From: Octopus sinensis
Lineage: Eukaryota
Assembly (NCBI RefSeq): GCF_006345805.1
Contig: NC_043022.1
Location: 25,234,001 to 25,298,000, forward strand
Direction of reading: 5' to 3'
Length of the DNA: 64,000 nucleotides
The first letter of the stretch is position 1. Every line of letters starts with the position of its first letter. Below, in pieces: positions 26,543 through 40,378 of this stretch. A program made the position numbers and the translations under genes. The notes under the pieces are model-generated. The model was not told where the DNA came from and searched no databases. It saw nothing but the letters and a program-made list of their open reading frames with translations.

Positions 26543-27499
26543 ATAGTAGTAGAAGCAGTAGAAGTAGTAGTAGTGGTAGTAGTAGTAGCAGTAGCAGCAG
26601 CAGCAGTAGTAGTGGTAGTAGTAGTAGAAGTAGTAGTAGCAGCAGCAGCAGTTACTGTAGTTATTGTTTCTAGTCTTACTGTACACAGTAGAGGCATTTG
26701 TTGTTGTTGCTGTTAGTGTTGTTGTAATACACTTTTGTACTTGTTATTGTTTTGTTGTATCTGTACAATGTAAATGTGTTGTGGGGTAATTCATACAGAA
26801 ACAACATTATTGATATTAGTAACAGAGTGGGAACTGGTTTTATCATGAGCAGAAGTGAAGTGTGTGTGTGCGTATGAATGCATCTATGTGTGTGTGTGTG
26901 TGTGATAAAATTTGTTGTATGTGTTCATGTTTGTGTGTACACAAATTCATGTGTTTGTGTGTGATTGTTTGAATATACGTATGTTTGGTTATGTGCATGT
27001 GTGTACAGACAAAGTAAAACACTCGGCACAAGAATACGCAGACGAGGTGGTATCAAAAGGTTCATGGACTCTTTTACTCTTTACTCTTTTACTTGTTTCA
27101 GTCATTTGACTGCGGCCATGCTGGAGCACTGCCTTTAGTCGAGCAAATCGACCCCCCCGGGACTTATTCTTTGTAAGCCCAGTACTTATTCTATCGGTCT
27201 CTTTTGCCGAACCGCTAAGTTACGGGGATGTAAACACACCAGCATCGGTTGTCAAGCAATGCTAGGGGGACAAACACAGACACACAAACATACATATACA
27301 TACATATATATACGACAGGCTTCTTTCAGTTTCCGTATACCAAATCCACTCACAAGGCTTTGGTAGGCCCGGGGCTATAGCAGAAGACACTTGCCCAAGG
27401 TGCCACGCAGTGGGACTGAACCCAGCACCATGTGGTTGGTTAGCAAGCTACTTACCACACAGCCACTCCTGCGACTAGTTACATTTAATAAAAAAAAAA

Positions 27500-27868
27500 T
27501 ATTGGGTTGTCTGGAAAGTTTGTGCCAATTTATAGTAGCTTAACTTTCGACTTATTTTAGAACATGGTTGAGTCCATAAAATAGGATTTGACTACACCTC
27601 CATTTAGAGCACAGTTTAACCCTTTAGCACTTAAACCGGCCATATCCGGCCAAAAGTATTCTACCTGTTTTATGTTCAAAATGGCCAGATCTGGTCTCTC
27701 ACACCAACCCTACAATATCATTTTAAAAATTAACAGCTACCTCATCAAAATCTCATAGCTACAAGATAATGCCTGATTAGTTCAAAACAATGTGGATAAA
27801 AAAACCCATTAATTTTGGTAGAATAATGTGAACACTAAAGGGTTAAGTTATCCTTTCATGGAAGAAGG
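27500..27868 (+). mobile_element. Tc1/mariner-like 5' end fragment, interrupted by the MITE
   Basis: TATTGGGTTGTC..AAAGTT mariner-type terminus; the sequence appears to resume after the second TTAA. Confidence 0.5.
27620..27842. mobile_element. piggyBac-type MITE nested in a mariner-like end
   Basis: TTAA target duplication at 27616-27619 and 27843-27846. TIR CCCTTTAG/CTAAAGGG. Confidence 0.85.
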
Positions 27869-27869
27869 T

Positions 27870-28550
27870 TTATGCCTTTGGAACGCCTTGAGCTTGTTCA
27901 GGTTCTGTTTGAGAATGGTCCAGGTCTATACTCTGCAAAGCAACACCATCTTCCCCACTCTCTTAAAGGCATATGGTCAGGCAATCCCCATGATGGACTT
28001 GGCCCTCAGTTAGACTCACCCTATACATGAGAACAGTTGTTCAATATAACTTCAACAATGCTCAGTGGAAGCACAAGTGCACACAGTATGGTTTCTTTGC
28101 TTCACATGCATTGCAGTCAATCCAACCTGGTGGCACTCCAGTGCTTGTAGAGTTTACCTCAAACCAGTAGAGTCATTTAGTAGCACTGCCAGGTCAGGGA
28201 TCCATAATAGTTTCCAGCCTGATGAAATTCCTCTCAAATAACAGACTAGGTAGTTCACCCCTTTTTGAGTTTCCCTAAGAGCATCATTACTCTTACTCAC
28301 TCCTCGTCATCTGCATATTGATAATGTGGGTCGTTCACTGACTATATTGGTCATCTGGTGGAGGTCAGTGAACACCTGACAACAATCCTGGTACCGGGTA
28401 CTTGGTCTTTTCTCGACCCAGGGCTGCAACTCCATTGTAAAATGGACTGATTCTTTCCCTGTGTCCCACCAGCTTCCAGACTAACTCCCCCTAGCTTAAC
28501 CAAATGAATTGTGTCGAAACCTACTACATTGGTCAATGATAACTATTTTG
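27870..28550 (-). mobile_element. Highly decayed non-LTR reverse transcriptase relic
   Basis: Minus strand FDTIH, then YADD (reverse complement of 28306-28317), then WTILKQNLNKLKAFQR, in the expected order with many stops and frameshifts. Confidence 0.5.
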
Positions 28551-29021
28551 CTATGAGTGGTGGTCATATCTGGCATCTATTTTTTTTTGTTTTGTTATCT
28601 GTCTCTTTTACTCTTTTACTTGTTTCAGTCATTTGACTGTGGCCATGCTGGAGCACCACCTTTTAGTCGAGTAAATCGACCCCAGGACTTATTCTTTGTA
28701 AGCCTAGTACTTATTCTATCGGTCTCTTTTGCCGAACTGCTAAGTTACAGGGACAGCAGCATCGGTTGTCAAGTGATGTTGGTGGGACAAACACAGACAC
28801 ACAAACATATACACATACACATATATATATACATATATACGACGGGCTTCTTTCAGTTTCCGTCTACCAAATCCACTCACAAGGCTTTGGTCGGCCTGAG
28901 GCTATAGTAGAAAGCACTTGCCCAAGATGCCACGCAGTGGGACTGAACCTGGAACCATGTGGTTGGTAAGCAAGCTACTTACCATATTTTTTATCATTTC
29001 TCCATCGTTTTTCGCCAACAG

Positions 29022-29073
29022 AACTTTAGAAATTTAGTCAACTTTACTGGAGCTTTGAGAACAATTACAAAAA
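29022..29073 (+). CDS. Candidate 52-nt exon NFRNLVNFTGALRTITK
   Basis: Long pyrimidine tract then ccaacAG, donor AAA|gtaaga. Only phase 0 is open. Confidence 0.4.
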
Positions 29074-29276
29074 GTAAGAAAATTAATTAAAAAAAAAAAG
29101 AAGAAAAAAACTGAAATAAAAAGAATTTGTGAAAGACTCGAATAAAATTAAGTGAACAATTTCTATCTCCAAAACGATCCCCTGTGAATTCAACTGTGAA
29201 ATATGTTTGTTTTTTGTTCTTCTTTTCTTCTGTCCACACATAACAACTTTTCAGACTCAATCTCTCTCTCTCTCTC

Positions 29277-29321
<45 letters not shown>

Positions 29322-29893
29322 ACGAGCACACAAACATGCTTATTTTTCTTCTCTACATCTGTAACACTGCCGTGTAGTCTCCATCTCCCCCCACCACTCT
29401 ATCTCTCATTATAATAGTAGTAGTAGTAGTAGTAGTGATGGTGATGGTGGTGGTGGTGGTGGTGGTGGTTGTTTTATATTTAATGTGTGTTGGTTGTGCT
29501 TAGAATTGGGTGTGTTGATAATTTCGATTATGCTGCTACTGCCTGGATGCATGTGTGCACATGTGTGCACGTGAGCATGTGTTCGCATTTTTTTCCCGTT
29601 TTTGTGTTAACGTAAGATTGTGGGTTTATTGGTGTCTGTGAATGTTAACCGGGTATCAGCCCTTTAAAAAAAAAAATTTTTTTTCTCTCTCTCTCTCTTT
29701 TCTCTCTCTCTCTCCCACTTACTCTTTGTCTATGTGTTAGTGAACATGTATGCGTAGGTGCATACATGTGTGTGCATATGTATATCTATAAATGCATGTA
29801 TACATGTGTACATACACATACATGTTTGTCATATATTTATGCATATATAGATGTATGTGTGCATATGTATATGTGTGCATATATATCTATGTA

Positions 29894-29947
<54 letters not shown>

Positions 29948-30049
29948 GTATGTATGCACACATACACACACATACACACCACATATAAATTACATATACA
30001 CATGTTTGTATTCCCTTACACTGTCACCTTTTGAATTCTCCCTGACCAG

Positions 30050-30124
30050 TCCATATCCTGTATCGATCAATCATCTATCTACAAAAGTTAATTGATGTGA
30101 TTGGCAGTGGATTGTGGGGGCCAA
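30050..30124 (+). CDS. Candidate 75-nt exon (I)HILYRSIIYLQKLIDVIGSGLWGP
   Basis: Acceptor ttctccctgaccAG, donor CCAA|gtaaaa. Phase 1-1, in frame with 29022-29073. Confidence 0.35.
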
Positions 30125-32041
30125 GTAAAAGCAATTAGCTTGTGCATTTCTTTTGCATTTTTGGCCCTTTTTTTAAAAAAAAAATTCTCTTTTGCTTTCT
30201 TATGCTACTCTGTCAAGTTTATTATTATCATTATCCTTCCCCTCCCCCTCCTCCTCCTCATTATTATTATTATTATTATGACCCTCTCAATTTCATTTGT
30301 CTTCATCTTCTTTATTGTGAGGGGCGGTGGTAGTGATTGATTGTGATACTGCAGACAGTAGTGGATGGTCGTTGTGACTGCGATGGACAAAAATTAAAAA
30401 AAGAAAATACTAATGATGATGATGATGATGATGATGGTGACGACAACGATGAGGATATTTGTAATAACAAAAGCAATACCCTCTCACACCCTCACTTTCG
30501 CAGTCGGACAAAATGCAATTCCTGTTCTTTTTTTTTTCTTCTCGATTACAGCCCTTAATTTCATCCCCGTCTCTTCTCACCAGACAAATGATTCAGCTTA
30601 AAAAGGTTTTTGTCATTGCAAGAAAACACTTCTTCCTCTTGTTGTTTCTCAAGAAGAGAAAAAAATTGCCCACGAAACAAATAAAACAAAAAAAAATCAC
30701 TTAAAAGCTGTATTTTTTTTCATTAAACTCAAAACTTAGGAAGTTCTTTTAATTTCTCTTTGTTTCTATGACTAAAATTTGAAAGTTTTTATAAAATTCT
30801 TCTTGGTTACTCAGCCACAAATCTTAAGATCTTGGTTACTAAGACCTAAAGTTTGAATTTTAAAAAGAATTTCTTTGGTTTCTTAAAAAAAATTTTCCAT
30901 AGTTTCTTTGGTGAAAAGTTGGAAGTTAAAACAATTCTTCTCAGCTTCTTAGACACAAGACCTTAAAATTCCTTGTCACTAAGATGCAAAACTTGGAAGT
31001 TTTTAAACAAAATTTCTTGGTTTCTCAAAACACAAAACTCTAAAAGTTTTTTTTTTTTACTTTCTGAGATAATAAATCTGAAAGTGTTTCTTGGATTCTT
31101 ACCCCAAAAACTTACAAGTTTTTTTCTTTTCTTTTTTTCTCTTTCTAATTCTTATACCAAAATCTGAAAGTGCTAATTGGTTTCCAACACCTAAAATCCT
31201 GCAAGTTGGTCTGTAAAGTTCATTCAAAGAATAGGTTCACTACAAATTTCAAAATTCCATGCCATACTCTTCACAAAGTTGAACATAGGCGTAGAAGTGG
31301 CTGTGTGGTATGTAGCTTGCTTACGAACCACATGGTTCTGGGTTCAGTCCCACTGCGTGGCACCTTGGGCAAGTGTCTTCTACTATAGCCTTGGGCCAAC
31401 TAAAGCTTTGTGAGTGGATTTGGTAGACGGAAACTGATAGAAGCCTGTCGTATATGTGTATATATATATATATATGTGTGTGTGTATGTTTGTGTGTCTG
31501 TGTTTGTGCCCCCAACATCGCTTGACAACCGGTGCTGGTGTGTTTACGTCCCTGTAACTTAGTGGTTTGCCAAAAGAGACCAATAGAGTAAGTACTAGGC
31601 TTACAAAGAATAAGTTCCTGGGGGCGATTTACTTGACTAAAGGCGGTGCTCCAGCATGGCCACAGTAAATTGACTAAAACAAGCTAAAAAAAGAGTAAAA
31701 AAAAGTATGTGTTTGTAAGACGCAGAAGTATACTCTAACATATTGTGTAGGCCCTGTGAGGGTAGAGCAGGGACTGGAAGGGTCTGGCAGGGCCTAGCAG
31801 GGTGTGACAGATGCCAGCAGGGCCTGGCAGGGCTTGGCAGCACTTGGCAGGGACTAGTTCTTCATTTAAGATGAAAGGAGAAGGAAAAGATTAAATGAAA
31901 CCTGTTAAGTGGACGGTACCTGTAATTCAAAAGTTCACCCATGTCATATTTATTATTCCACATTGTTTTCACTTGGGCGTTACCTCATGTGGACACATAT
32001 CTGTGGAATACTCAACCACATTATAATAATAATATGAGTAT

Positions 32042-32205
32042 AGGCGCAGGAGTGGCTGTGTGGTAAGTAGCTTGCTAACTAACCACATGGTTCCAGGTTC
32101 AGTCTCACTGCGTGGCATCTTGGGCAAGTGTCTTCTGCTATAGCCTCGGGCCGACCAATGCCTTGTGAGTGGATTTGGTAGACGGAAACTGAAAGAAGCC
32201 TGTCG

Positions 32206-32236
<31 letters not shown>

Positions 32237-32444
32237 TTGTGTGTCTGTGTTTGTCCCCCTAGCATTGCTTGACAACCGATGCTGGTGTGTTTACGTCCCC
32301 GTCACTTAGCGGTTCGGCAAAAGAGACCGATAGAATAAGTACTGGGCTTACAAAGAATAAGTCCCGGGGTCGATTTGCTTGACTAAAGGCGGTGCTCCAG
32401 CATGGCTGCAGTCAAATGACTGAAACAAGTAAAAGAGTAAAAGA
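32042..32444 (+). mobile_element. tRNA-derived CORE-like SINE family A (about 400 bp), full-length plus-strand copy
   Basis: A box TGGCTGTGTGG, B box GGTTCAGTC, CORE-like GGCAYCTTGGGCAAGT, internal (TA)/(TG) tract, (AAGAGTA)n tail. Other plus copies near 8489-8870, 23617-23820, 24622-24745, 31287-31700, 42578-42987, 42989-43410, 47320-47525, 48971-49355 and 56413-56824. Confidence 0.9.
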
Positions 32445-32668
32445 GAGATACTGTCCAATTGGTGAAATACTGGAATACACCATGGTCGAAAGCGAGAGAG
32501 GATGCATTTGAAAAGAGTGCATCCATGTGCATTTGTATGCGCTGTACAGCTGGTTGCTGAAAATGTGCAGCTAGCGTTCTGTCTAGACCGCAATGACCCA
32601 CAATTAGTCACTCTCTGTAGTCATTGTAGATCACTTACCCTAACTCCATCATTCTGTCTCACGCACAC

Positions 32669-32706
<38 letters not shown>

Positions 32707-33674
32707 AATCACAGATTGTCACCATCTGTGAAAACTCCTTTTGTCTTTTCTAAATCATCCGTCTTTTTTTCTTGGTCTTTTCCTTGTTCTTTTTTGCCTT
32801 TTTCTTCTTCCCCCCCGCCACCACCACCACCTCCTCCTCATCACTACCACCTCCTCTCCTTCTTACCACCTTTCCTCCTCTCTTCCCCTCCTCCCTTCCT
32901 CCTGTTCCTCCCATCTTCAAGTGTGACTGGCTGCTGGCCACTGATATACTCTCCTCAATCTAACTCCCACTTTCAGCACACCCCCCCCGACTCTCTTTCC
33001 TAACTGCCCTCACCACCACTACCACCATCACCACCACTCCTTCCACGAATCTCCCTCTCCCTCTCACCCTTCCAACTATGACCACCCTCCTTAAGTGACA
33101 GCTCTAACAATGTTTGGGTCAGTGATGTGACATTGGTGGGGTGCAAGTGGGTGAGTGGATGATTAGGTGAGAGGGTTAGGGTGTAGTGGTGGTAGAGGTA
33201 CGGTGGGGTGGGGGTTCCCATTTTGTCAAAAATGATATGATGAAATCAATAGCTTTGTGAGATAACCAGAAGTAGCAGTGGTGCCCACCCCACCACCACC
33301 ACCATCACCCATTATTCTTCATAGAGTCCTTAACTTCCCACTTGAATCCAAAACCTTCCCCACACCCAAATTTAATCCTTTAAATGAATGGAAGTATGTC
33401 ACCACACCATCATTCCCAGCATGGGTGTTGTCCCACACCCCACTCCTGGGCCAACATTACTATCAAGAAAACATATTCATCTCTCCACCCCTCTGCATGC
33501 AACTCATCTGTTTTGCTACAGTTTAAAATTGGTCTCTTTTCTCAGTTTTGGTCATCACTTTTAGTAGGCAGTTTCTGTCCCCCTCCCTCTCTCTCTCACT
33601 CTCTCTCTCTCTCTCTCATACACACACACATGTCTATAGGTGTATTTATGTAGAATGTAGATGATCGGACCAAC

Positions 33675-34110
33675 ATACTTCTAAGTTAGAAAGACATGAT
33701 GGGACGGACGTACTTCCAAGCCACAAAGATATGATGAAACAGATGTACTCCTAAGTTACAAAGACATGACAGGATGGTCACACTCCCAAGTTACAAAGAC
33801 ATGACAGGATGGACATACTCCCAAGTTACAAAGACATGACAGGATGGACATACTCCCAAGTTACAAAGACATGACAGGATGGACATACTCCCAAGTTACA
33901 AAGACATGACTCGATGGACATACTCCCAAGTTACAAGGACATGACAGGATGGACATACTCTTGAGTTACAAAGGCATGATAAGATGGACATACTCTCAAG
34001 TTACAAAGATATGACGGGATGGACGTACTCCCAGATTACAAAGACATGACAGGATGGATTTACTCTCAAGTTACAAAGATATGACAGGATGGACATATTC
34101 CCAAGTTACA
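33675..34110. repeat. 35-bp minisatellite, about 12 copies
   Basis: Unit ATGACAGGATGGACATACTCCCAAGTTACAAAGAC, e.g. 33801 and 33836. Confidence 0.95.
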
Positions 34111-34229
34111 GAGAAGTGCATACAGTGAAGTGAACCAGGGATCTTTTAGAATGAGTGGGTGGGTAAATTTGCAAAATCGTGGAAAGTAAGTAGGGATTTA
34201 GACTTTATTCAGTGTACTCACTTCAGGCC

Positions 34230-34467
34230 TAATACCCATTTCTTTACTACCCACAAGGGGCTAAACACAGAGAGGACAAACAAGGACAGACAAATGGATT
34301 GTCAATTACATCGTCCCCAGTGCGTAACTGGTACTTAATTTATCGACCCCGAAAGGATGAAAGGCAAAGTCAACCTCAGCGGAATTTGAACTCAGAACTT
34401 AGTGACAGACAAAATACCGCTAAGCATTTTGCCTGGCGTGCTAACGTTTCTGCCAGCTTGCCACCTA
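34230..34467 (-). mobile_element. SINE family B, minus-strand copy
   Basis: Reverse complement of the 12008 element. Others near 7203-7380, 7382-7603, 8278-8450 and 45855-46080. Confidence 0.9.
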
Positions 34468-35271
34468 ATACCATGTGGGTGCCCTCTTTAAATATACGAT
34501 TGAACCTAAAGCAGCAGATGTTTGTAATGCAAACTTAAAGGAAAGTATCTGGCCAATGAAGGGCTCTCTTTGTAGTTGCTTGACTTGCTAGAAATAGCAA
34601 TAAAATCTGCCTTAACTTCAGTCTTTGGAAAAAACATATTGGATAATGTTGTTTTTCCTGCCTATTGAATAAAGAACAGGATTGTCATAGCTGGAATGCT
34701 TTTGATCATAGCTTGCATGATCAGAACTGACCTGGGGTTAAATAGCAATAACAATAACAGTGAGTAAAGTATAGAATAGCACCCACCCCCCTCTGTGACT
34801 GCATCCCCCTCTTTCCTGCAAAGAGAAAAAAAAATTAAACCAGAAAAATAAAAAAGAAGAGGAAATCTGAAGGAAGTTAGTGTTGGGGGTGGGGATGAAG
34901 AATTTCGCATTCTTTCGGGGGGGGGGAAGAAAATCTTTCATGACATGTTTATTACGTTTTTAAGGGACAGTAGGTAGTGGTGATCATGATGGGGGTGGGG
35001 GTCATGATGTGGGTGTTAGTGGCAATGAGGGATGGGGGAAAGGGGGCAGTATATTTTTTTTTAATTTACACTTGTGCTTTTTCCTATTGTTTTTGATGTG
35101 TATTCCATTATTTGTTTCCCTCTGCTATACACATCGGATTACTTAATTAAAAAATAAACAAACTATTTCTACCTATCTACTCATGGATCTGTGAATATCC
35201 ATCTGTCTGTCTTTCTATCTATTGATCTAGCTATATATGTCTGTCTGTCTATCTATCTATCTGTCTGTTTG

Positions 35272-35315
<44 letters not shown>

Positions 35316-35365
35316 CCTATTGATCTAGCTATATGTGTCTGTCTGTCTATCTATCTATCTGTCTG

Positions 35366-35402
<37 letters not shown>

Positions 35403-35594
35403 TTAATTTACCTATCCATCTATACATATACATACAGATGTATACTATATACATACAGATTAGATGTTGTATATGTGTGTGTGTGGGTATATATTTAATT
35501 AAGATACCAAGCATCTGTGTATATATGTATGTATGTGTATATGTGAGTGCATATATATACATGCATACACATACATACACATATACATGTATAA

Positions 35595-35636
<42 letters not shown>

Positions 35637-35823
35637 GTGTGTATATATATATATATATGTAAATGACCATGCACATTCCATCTGTAACTGTGAGCAAATA
35701 CCCAATGAATCAATTACTCTCTTCTTTTTGATTTTTTTTTTGGGGGGGGGGGGTTATATATTTGCTGAAGTGTGTGTGTGTCTGTGTGTGTATTTAATAT
35801 ATGGCTGGACTTGTTTGTTGTAG

Positions 35824-35884
35824 CTATCCATTAGTGTATATAATCCTATTACTTTGGGGCTATTGAAGACAGGGCAGGGCTTAG
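35824..35884 (+). CDS. Candidate 61-nt exon [20 protein letters not shown]
   Basis: Acceptor ttgtttgttgtAG, strong donor TAG|gtatgt. Only phase 0 is open and it ends in phase 1. Confidence 0.35.
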
Positions 35885-35967
35885 GTATGTGTGTGCGATG
35901 TGTAATATATATATACATGTGTGTGTGTGTATGTCTGTGTTGTGTGTGTGTGTGTGTGTGTGTGTGG

Positions 35968-36041
<74 letters not shown>

Positions 36042-36153
36042 TGTGTATGTATGTGTGTGTGTATATACACACACACACACACATATATATAATATATGTG
36101 TGTATACATACATATATATATATGTATATACATACATACATATATATATATAG

Positions 36154-36184
<31 letters not shown>

Positions 36185-36220
36185 CATACATACATATATA
36201 TATATATAATATATATATAT

Positions 36221-36257
<37 letters not shown>

Positions 36258-36682
36258 ATTGGTACAGTGTGATTGTATATCTCATGCACCCACACATCTC
36301 TATTCAAATTTCCCCTCTAACCACCACCCTCCTACTTCATCCACCCCACCCCCCCCCATCAACACCATTACCACTATCAAACTTGCTGACAACCAGCTCA
36401 ATGAATTTATTTAATTTCTCTAATCCAGCCATCCTTGCTTGGATTGGGACAGGCCTAATCTCACCCACTAACTAACCCTTCCCTCTTTCTCTTTCAGAGT
36501 TACATATCTATTTATTAAGAAAACCCTTCTGGCCTTCTATGGTTTTGTCATAGAGCTCCAGTTGGGGCTTCCCCCGAACCTACTCCCTACACCTCCTCTA
36601 TTTGTTTTTATTATGTCAGTTTTATTACTGTTTTGTTTCCCTTAGTGTTTCCCCTCTTTCTCTCTCTCTCTTTCCTACCTAT

Positions 36683-37098
36683 ACTCTTTTACTCTTTTAC
36701 TTGTTTCTGTCATTTGACTGCGGCCATGCTGGAGCACCGCCTTTAGTCGAGCAAATCGACCCCGGGACTTATTCTTTGTAAGCCCAGTACTTATTCTATC
36801 GATCTCTTTTTGCCGAACCGCTAAGTGACGGGGACGTAAACACACCAGCATCGGTTGTCAAGCAATGCTATGGGGAACAAACACGACGCACAAACACACC
36901 CATACTATATATATATATATAATATATATATATATATACGACAGGCTTCTTTCAGTTTCCGTCTACCAAATCCACTCACAAGGCATTGGTCGGCCCGGGG
37001 CTATAGCAGAAGATACTTGCCCAAGATGCCACGCAGTGGGACTGAACCCGGAACCATGAGGTTGGTTAGGAAGCTACTTACCACACAGCCACTCCTGC
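36683..37098 (-). mobile_element. SINE family A, full-length minus-strand copy
   Basis: Reverse complement of the 32042 element. Other minus copies near 3111-3518, 16250-16780, 27069-27473, 28607-28984, 37515-37910, 38170-38472, 39918-40341, 41419-41498 and 46115-46480. Confidence 0.9.
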
Positions 37099-38801
37099 AC
37101 CTATCTGTCTATTTATCTATCAACTTCTCTGTCAGTCTGTATGCATGCTTGACTGTTTGTCTTGTTTGTTGTCAATCTGCTCTTATAATAAGTTTCAGTT
37201 GTAAAAAGCAATTGACATAGTTAAAATCCATCCATCCATCCATCCAAACACCCACCCAAATACCCACCCACTACATCACATGCACACATATACACACATA
37301 TATACATAAATAATAAAGGTGGCTTATTTGCAATTTACAACTGAAAGGCAAAAAGCATAACTGCTTTCTCATGGCTAAGAGTTGTTTTGACTCTTGTTTC
37401 TAGAAATGCTTGTCTGAAGGGTACCCTTTTTCACTTTAGTAACATCTATACATATACATACGTATGTACGTACATACATACCTTCATACATTCATCCATA
37501 TGATATATCTTTTATTTTTTTTACTTCTTTCAGTCATTAGACTGTAGGCCATGCTGGAGCTCTGTTTTGAAGAACTTTTGGTTAAATGAATCTACCACAG
37601 TACTTATTTTTGTTTTTAATCCTGCTGCTTATTCTATCAGTTTCTTTTGCCAAACTGCTAGGTTATAGGAATGTAAACACACTAGCATGGGTTGTCAAGC
37701 AGTGGTGAGGAACAAACATACACACACACATAGACACATACGTACATACATATACGAAAGGCGTCTTTCAGTTTCTCTCTACCAGATCTACTCACAAGGC
37801 TTTGGTCAGCCTGAGGCTATAGCTGAAGACACTTGCCCAATGTGCCACACAGTGGGACTGAACTCGGAACCATATGGTTGAGAAGCAAGCTTCTTACCAC
37901 ACAACTATATCTGTGATTATATCTTGCCAGCGCTGCCTTGACTGGCTTCCGTAGAAAGCACGTAAAAAGTACCATCCGATCGTGGCCGTTGCCAGCTTCG
38001 CCTGGTACCTGTGCTGGTGGCACGTAAAAAGCACCCACTACACTCACGGAGTGGTTGGCGTTAGGAAGGGCATCCAGCTGTAGAAACACTGCCAGATCAG
38101 ACTGGAGCCTGGTGCAGCCTCCTGGCTGCACCCCGGTCGAACCGTCCAACCCATGCTAGCATGGAAAACTTTTATCCCAATGTATTGACCCAATACTTAT
38201 TTCCTTTTTAAGCTTGCTAAGATATGTGGACACAAACACATCAACACTGGTTGTCAAATACTAGTGAGGAACAACCACAGACATGAAGACATATACATAT
38301 ACATGGAAGTATATGTATGTATGTATGTATGTATGTATGACAAGCTTCTTTCAGTTTCCATCTATCAAATCCACTCACAAAGCTTTGGTCAGCTTGAGGC
38401 TATAGTAGAAGACACCGGGTGAAGGTGTCACACAGCAGAACTGAACCCAGAACCATTTGTTTGGGAAGTAAGCTTCTTACCATTCAGCCATCTCTCTCTC
38501 TCTCTATATATATATAGGGTACAAAAAATTCAGGGTGATGGACGCTTTGTTTTTGTTTTGGTGTCTCGCTCTGCTGTATGCGACTATGAGGATTTGCATC
38601 CCCAACGAAACTCGCCTTTTCCCCCAAACTTATAATGTAATACATGTCTTTGGTGTGGTCATTGTGTGCGGCTGCAGAAGGCTATTGACATACATATTAC
38701 ATCAATCATGCATTGATATAAACCGTCTAATAAAGCCAGAAACATATGTACCGCTAAATCCTTTGCATCATGTTTTTCTTTTGATAAATATATATATATA
38801 T

Positions 38802-39103
38802 ATCACTGTAATCGACCAGATTATTAGATTTTGCTACACATCGCTGGTCACAATGCGCTTCGCATTGTTTTAGCCTTCAAATGACGCCACCCTGCTGGCT
38901 AAGTGAGCAGGCCAACAGAAGAAAGAGTGAGAGAAAGTTGTGGCGAAAGAGTACAGCAAGGATCGCCACCACCCCCTGCAGGAGCCTCGTGGAACTTTAG
39001 GTGTTTTTGCTCAATAAACACTCACAATGCTCAGTCTGGGAATCGAAACCTCGATCCTACGACCGCGAGTCCGCTGCCCTAAGCACTGGGCCATTGCGCC
39101 TCC
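38802..39103 (-). mobile_element. SINE family C, minus-strand copy
   Basis: Reverse complement match to 46695-47005. Confidence 0.8.
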
Positions 39104-40338
39104 ACACACACACATATAATATATATATATCCGTGCAGGTGGCACATAAAAAGCACCCACTACACTCTCGGAGTGGTTGGCGTTAGGAAGGGCATCCAGC
39201 TGTAGAAACACTGCCAGATCAGACTGGGCCTGGCGCAGCCTCCTGGTTTCCCAGACCCCAGTTAAACCGTCCAACCCATGCTAGCATGGAAAACGGACGT
39301 TAAACGATGATGATGATGATGATGATGATGATATATATATATATATATACACACACATGATATGTTACATAGGCAAACACACAGACAAATTCATATATAG
39401 ACCAATATTGATGCACATGGGCGCATACACACTCATACACAGACATGAATATTTAAAAGGAAAACTCCCCATTGTGTGTGTGTGTGTGTGTGTGTGTTTG
39501 TGTGTATTGTACATAGGTGTTTGTGTGTCAGTTAAAACATGTATGTGTCTCCAACCCATGCCAGCATATAAAAACGCATGTTGAAACCATGATGGTGAAT
39601 GATGACGATGATTATACCTGCCAGGTGTCCCTTGAGTAAAGTATCGTTTAATGCTCCAGGTAATGATGTTCAGTGGTTAAATGCTGCTTTACATACAAAG
39701 CAAAAGATATGTGTGTGTGTAATATATATTTCTGTATGTGCATATAGTGAGTGTGCATATAGTCATATATATATCATAATATGTATATAATACATATATA
39801 CATATGTATATAATACATATTTATACATATTATGTATACATATGTTTGTAATATATATATATACATATTATGTATACATATGTATATAATACATATATAC
39901 ATATTATAGATATATTATACTCTTTTACTCTCTTTTACTCTTTTACTTGTTTCAGTCATGTGACTGTGGCCATGCTGCAGCACCGCCTTTAGTCGAGCAA
40001 ATCGATCCCAGGACTTATTCTTTGTAAGCCCAGTACTTATTCTATCGATCTCTTTTGCCGAACCACTAAGTGACGGGGATGTAAACACACCAACATCGGT
40101 TGTCAAGCAATGTTGGGGGGACAAACACAGACACACATACATACACGCACACATACACATATATATATACGTATATACGACGGGCTTCTTTCAGTTTCCG
40201 TCTACCAAATCCACTCACAAAGCTTTGGTCGACCTGAAGCTATAGGAGAAAACACTTTCCCAAGGTGCCACGCAGTGGGACTGAACCCGGAACCATGTGG
40301 TTGGTAAAAAAGCTACTTACCACACAGTCACTCCTGCG

Positions 40339-40378
<40 letters not shown>

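Noticed and set aside
30103-30124. Protein kinase glycine loop (IGSGLWG)
   Set aside because: It reads GSGLWGP, with no following V, VAIK or other kinase motifs in any candidate exon.
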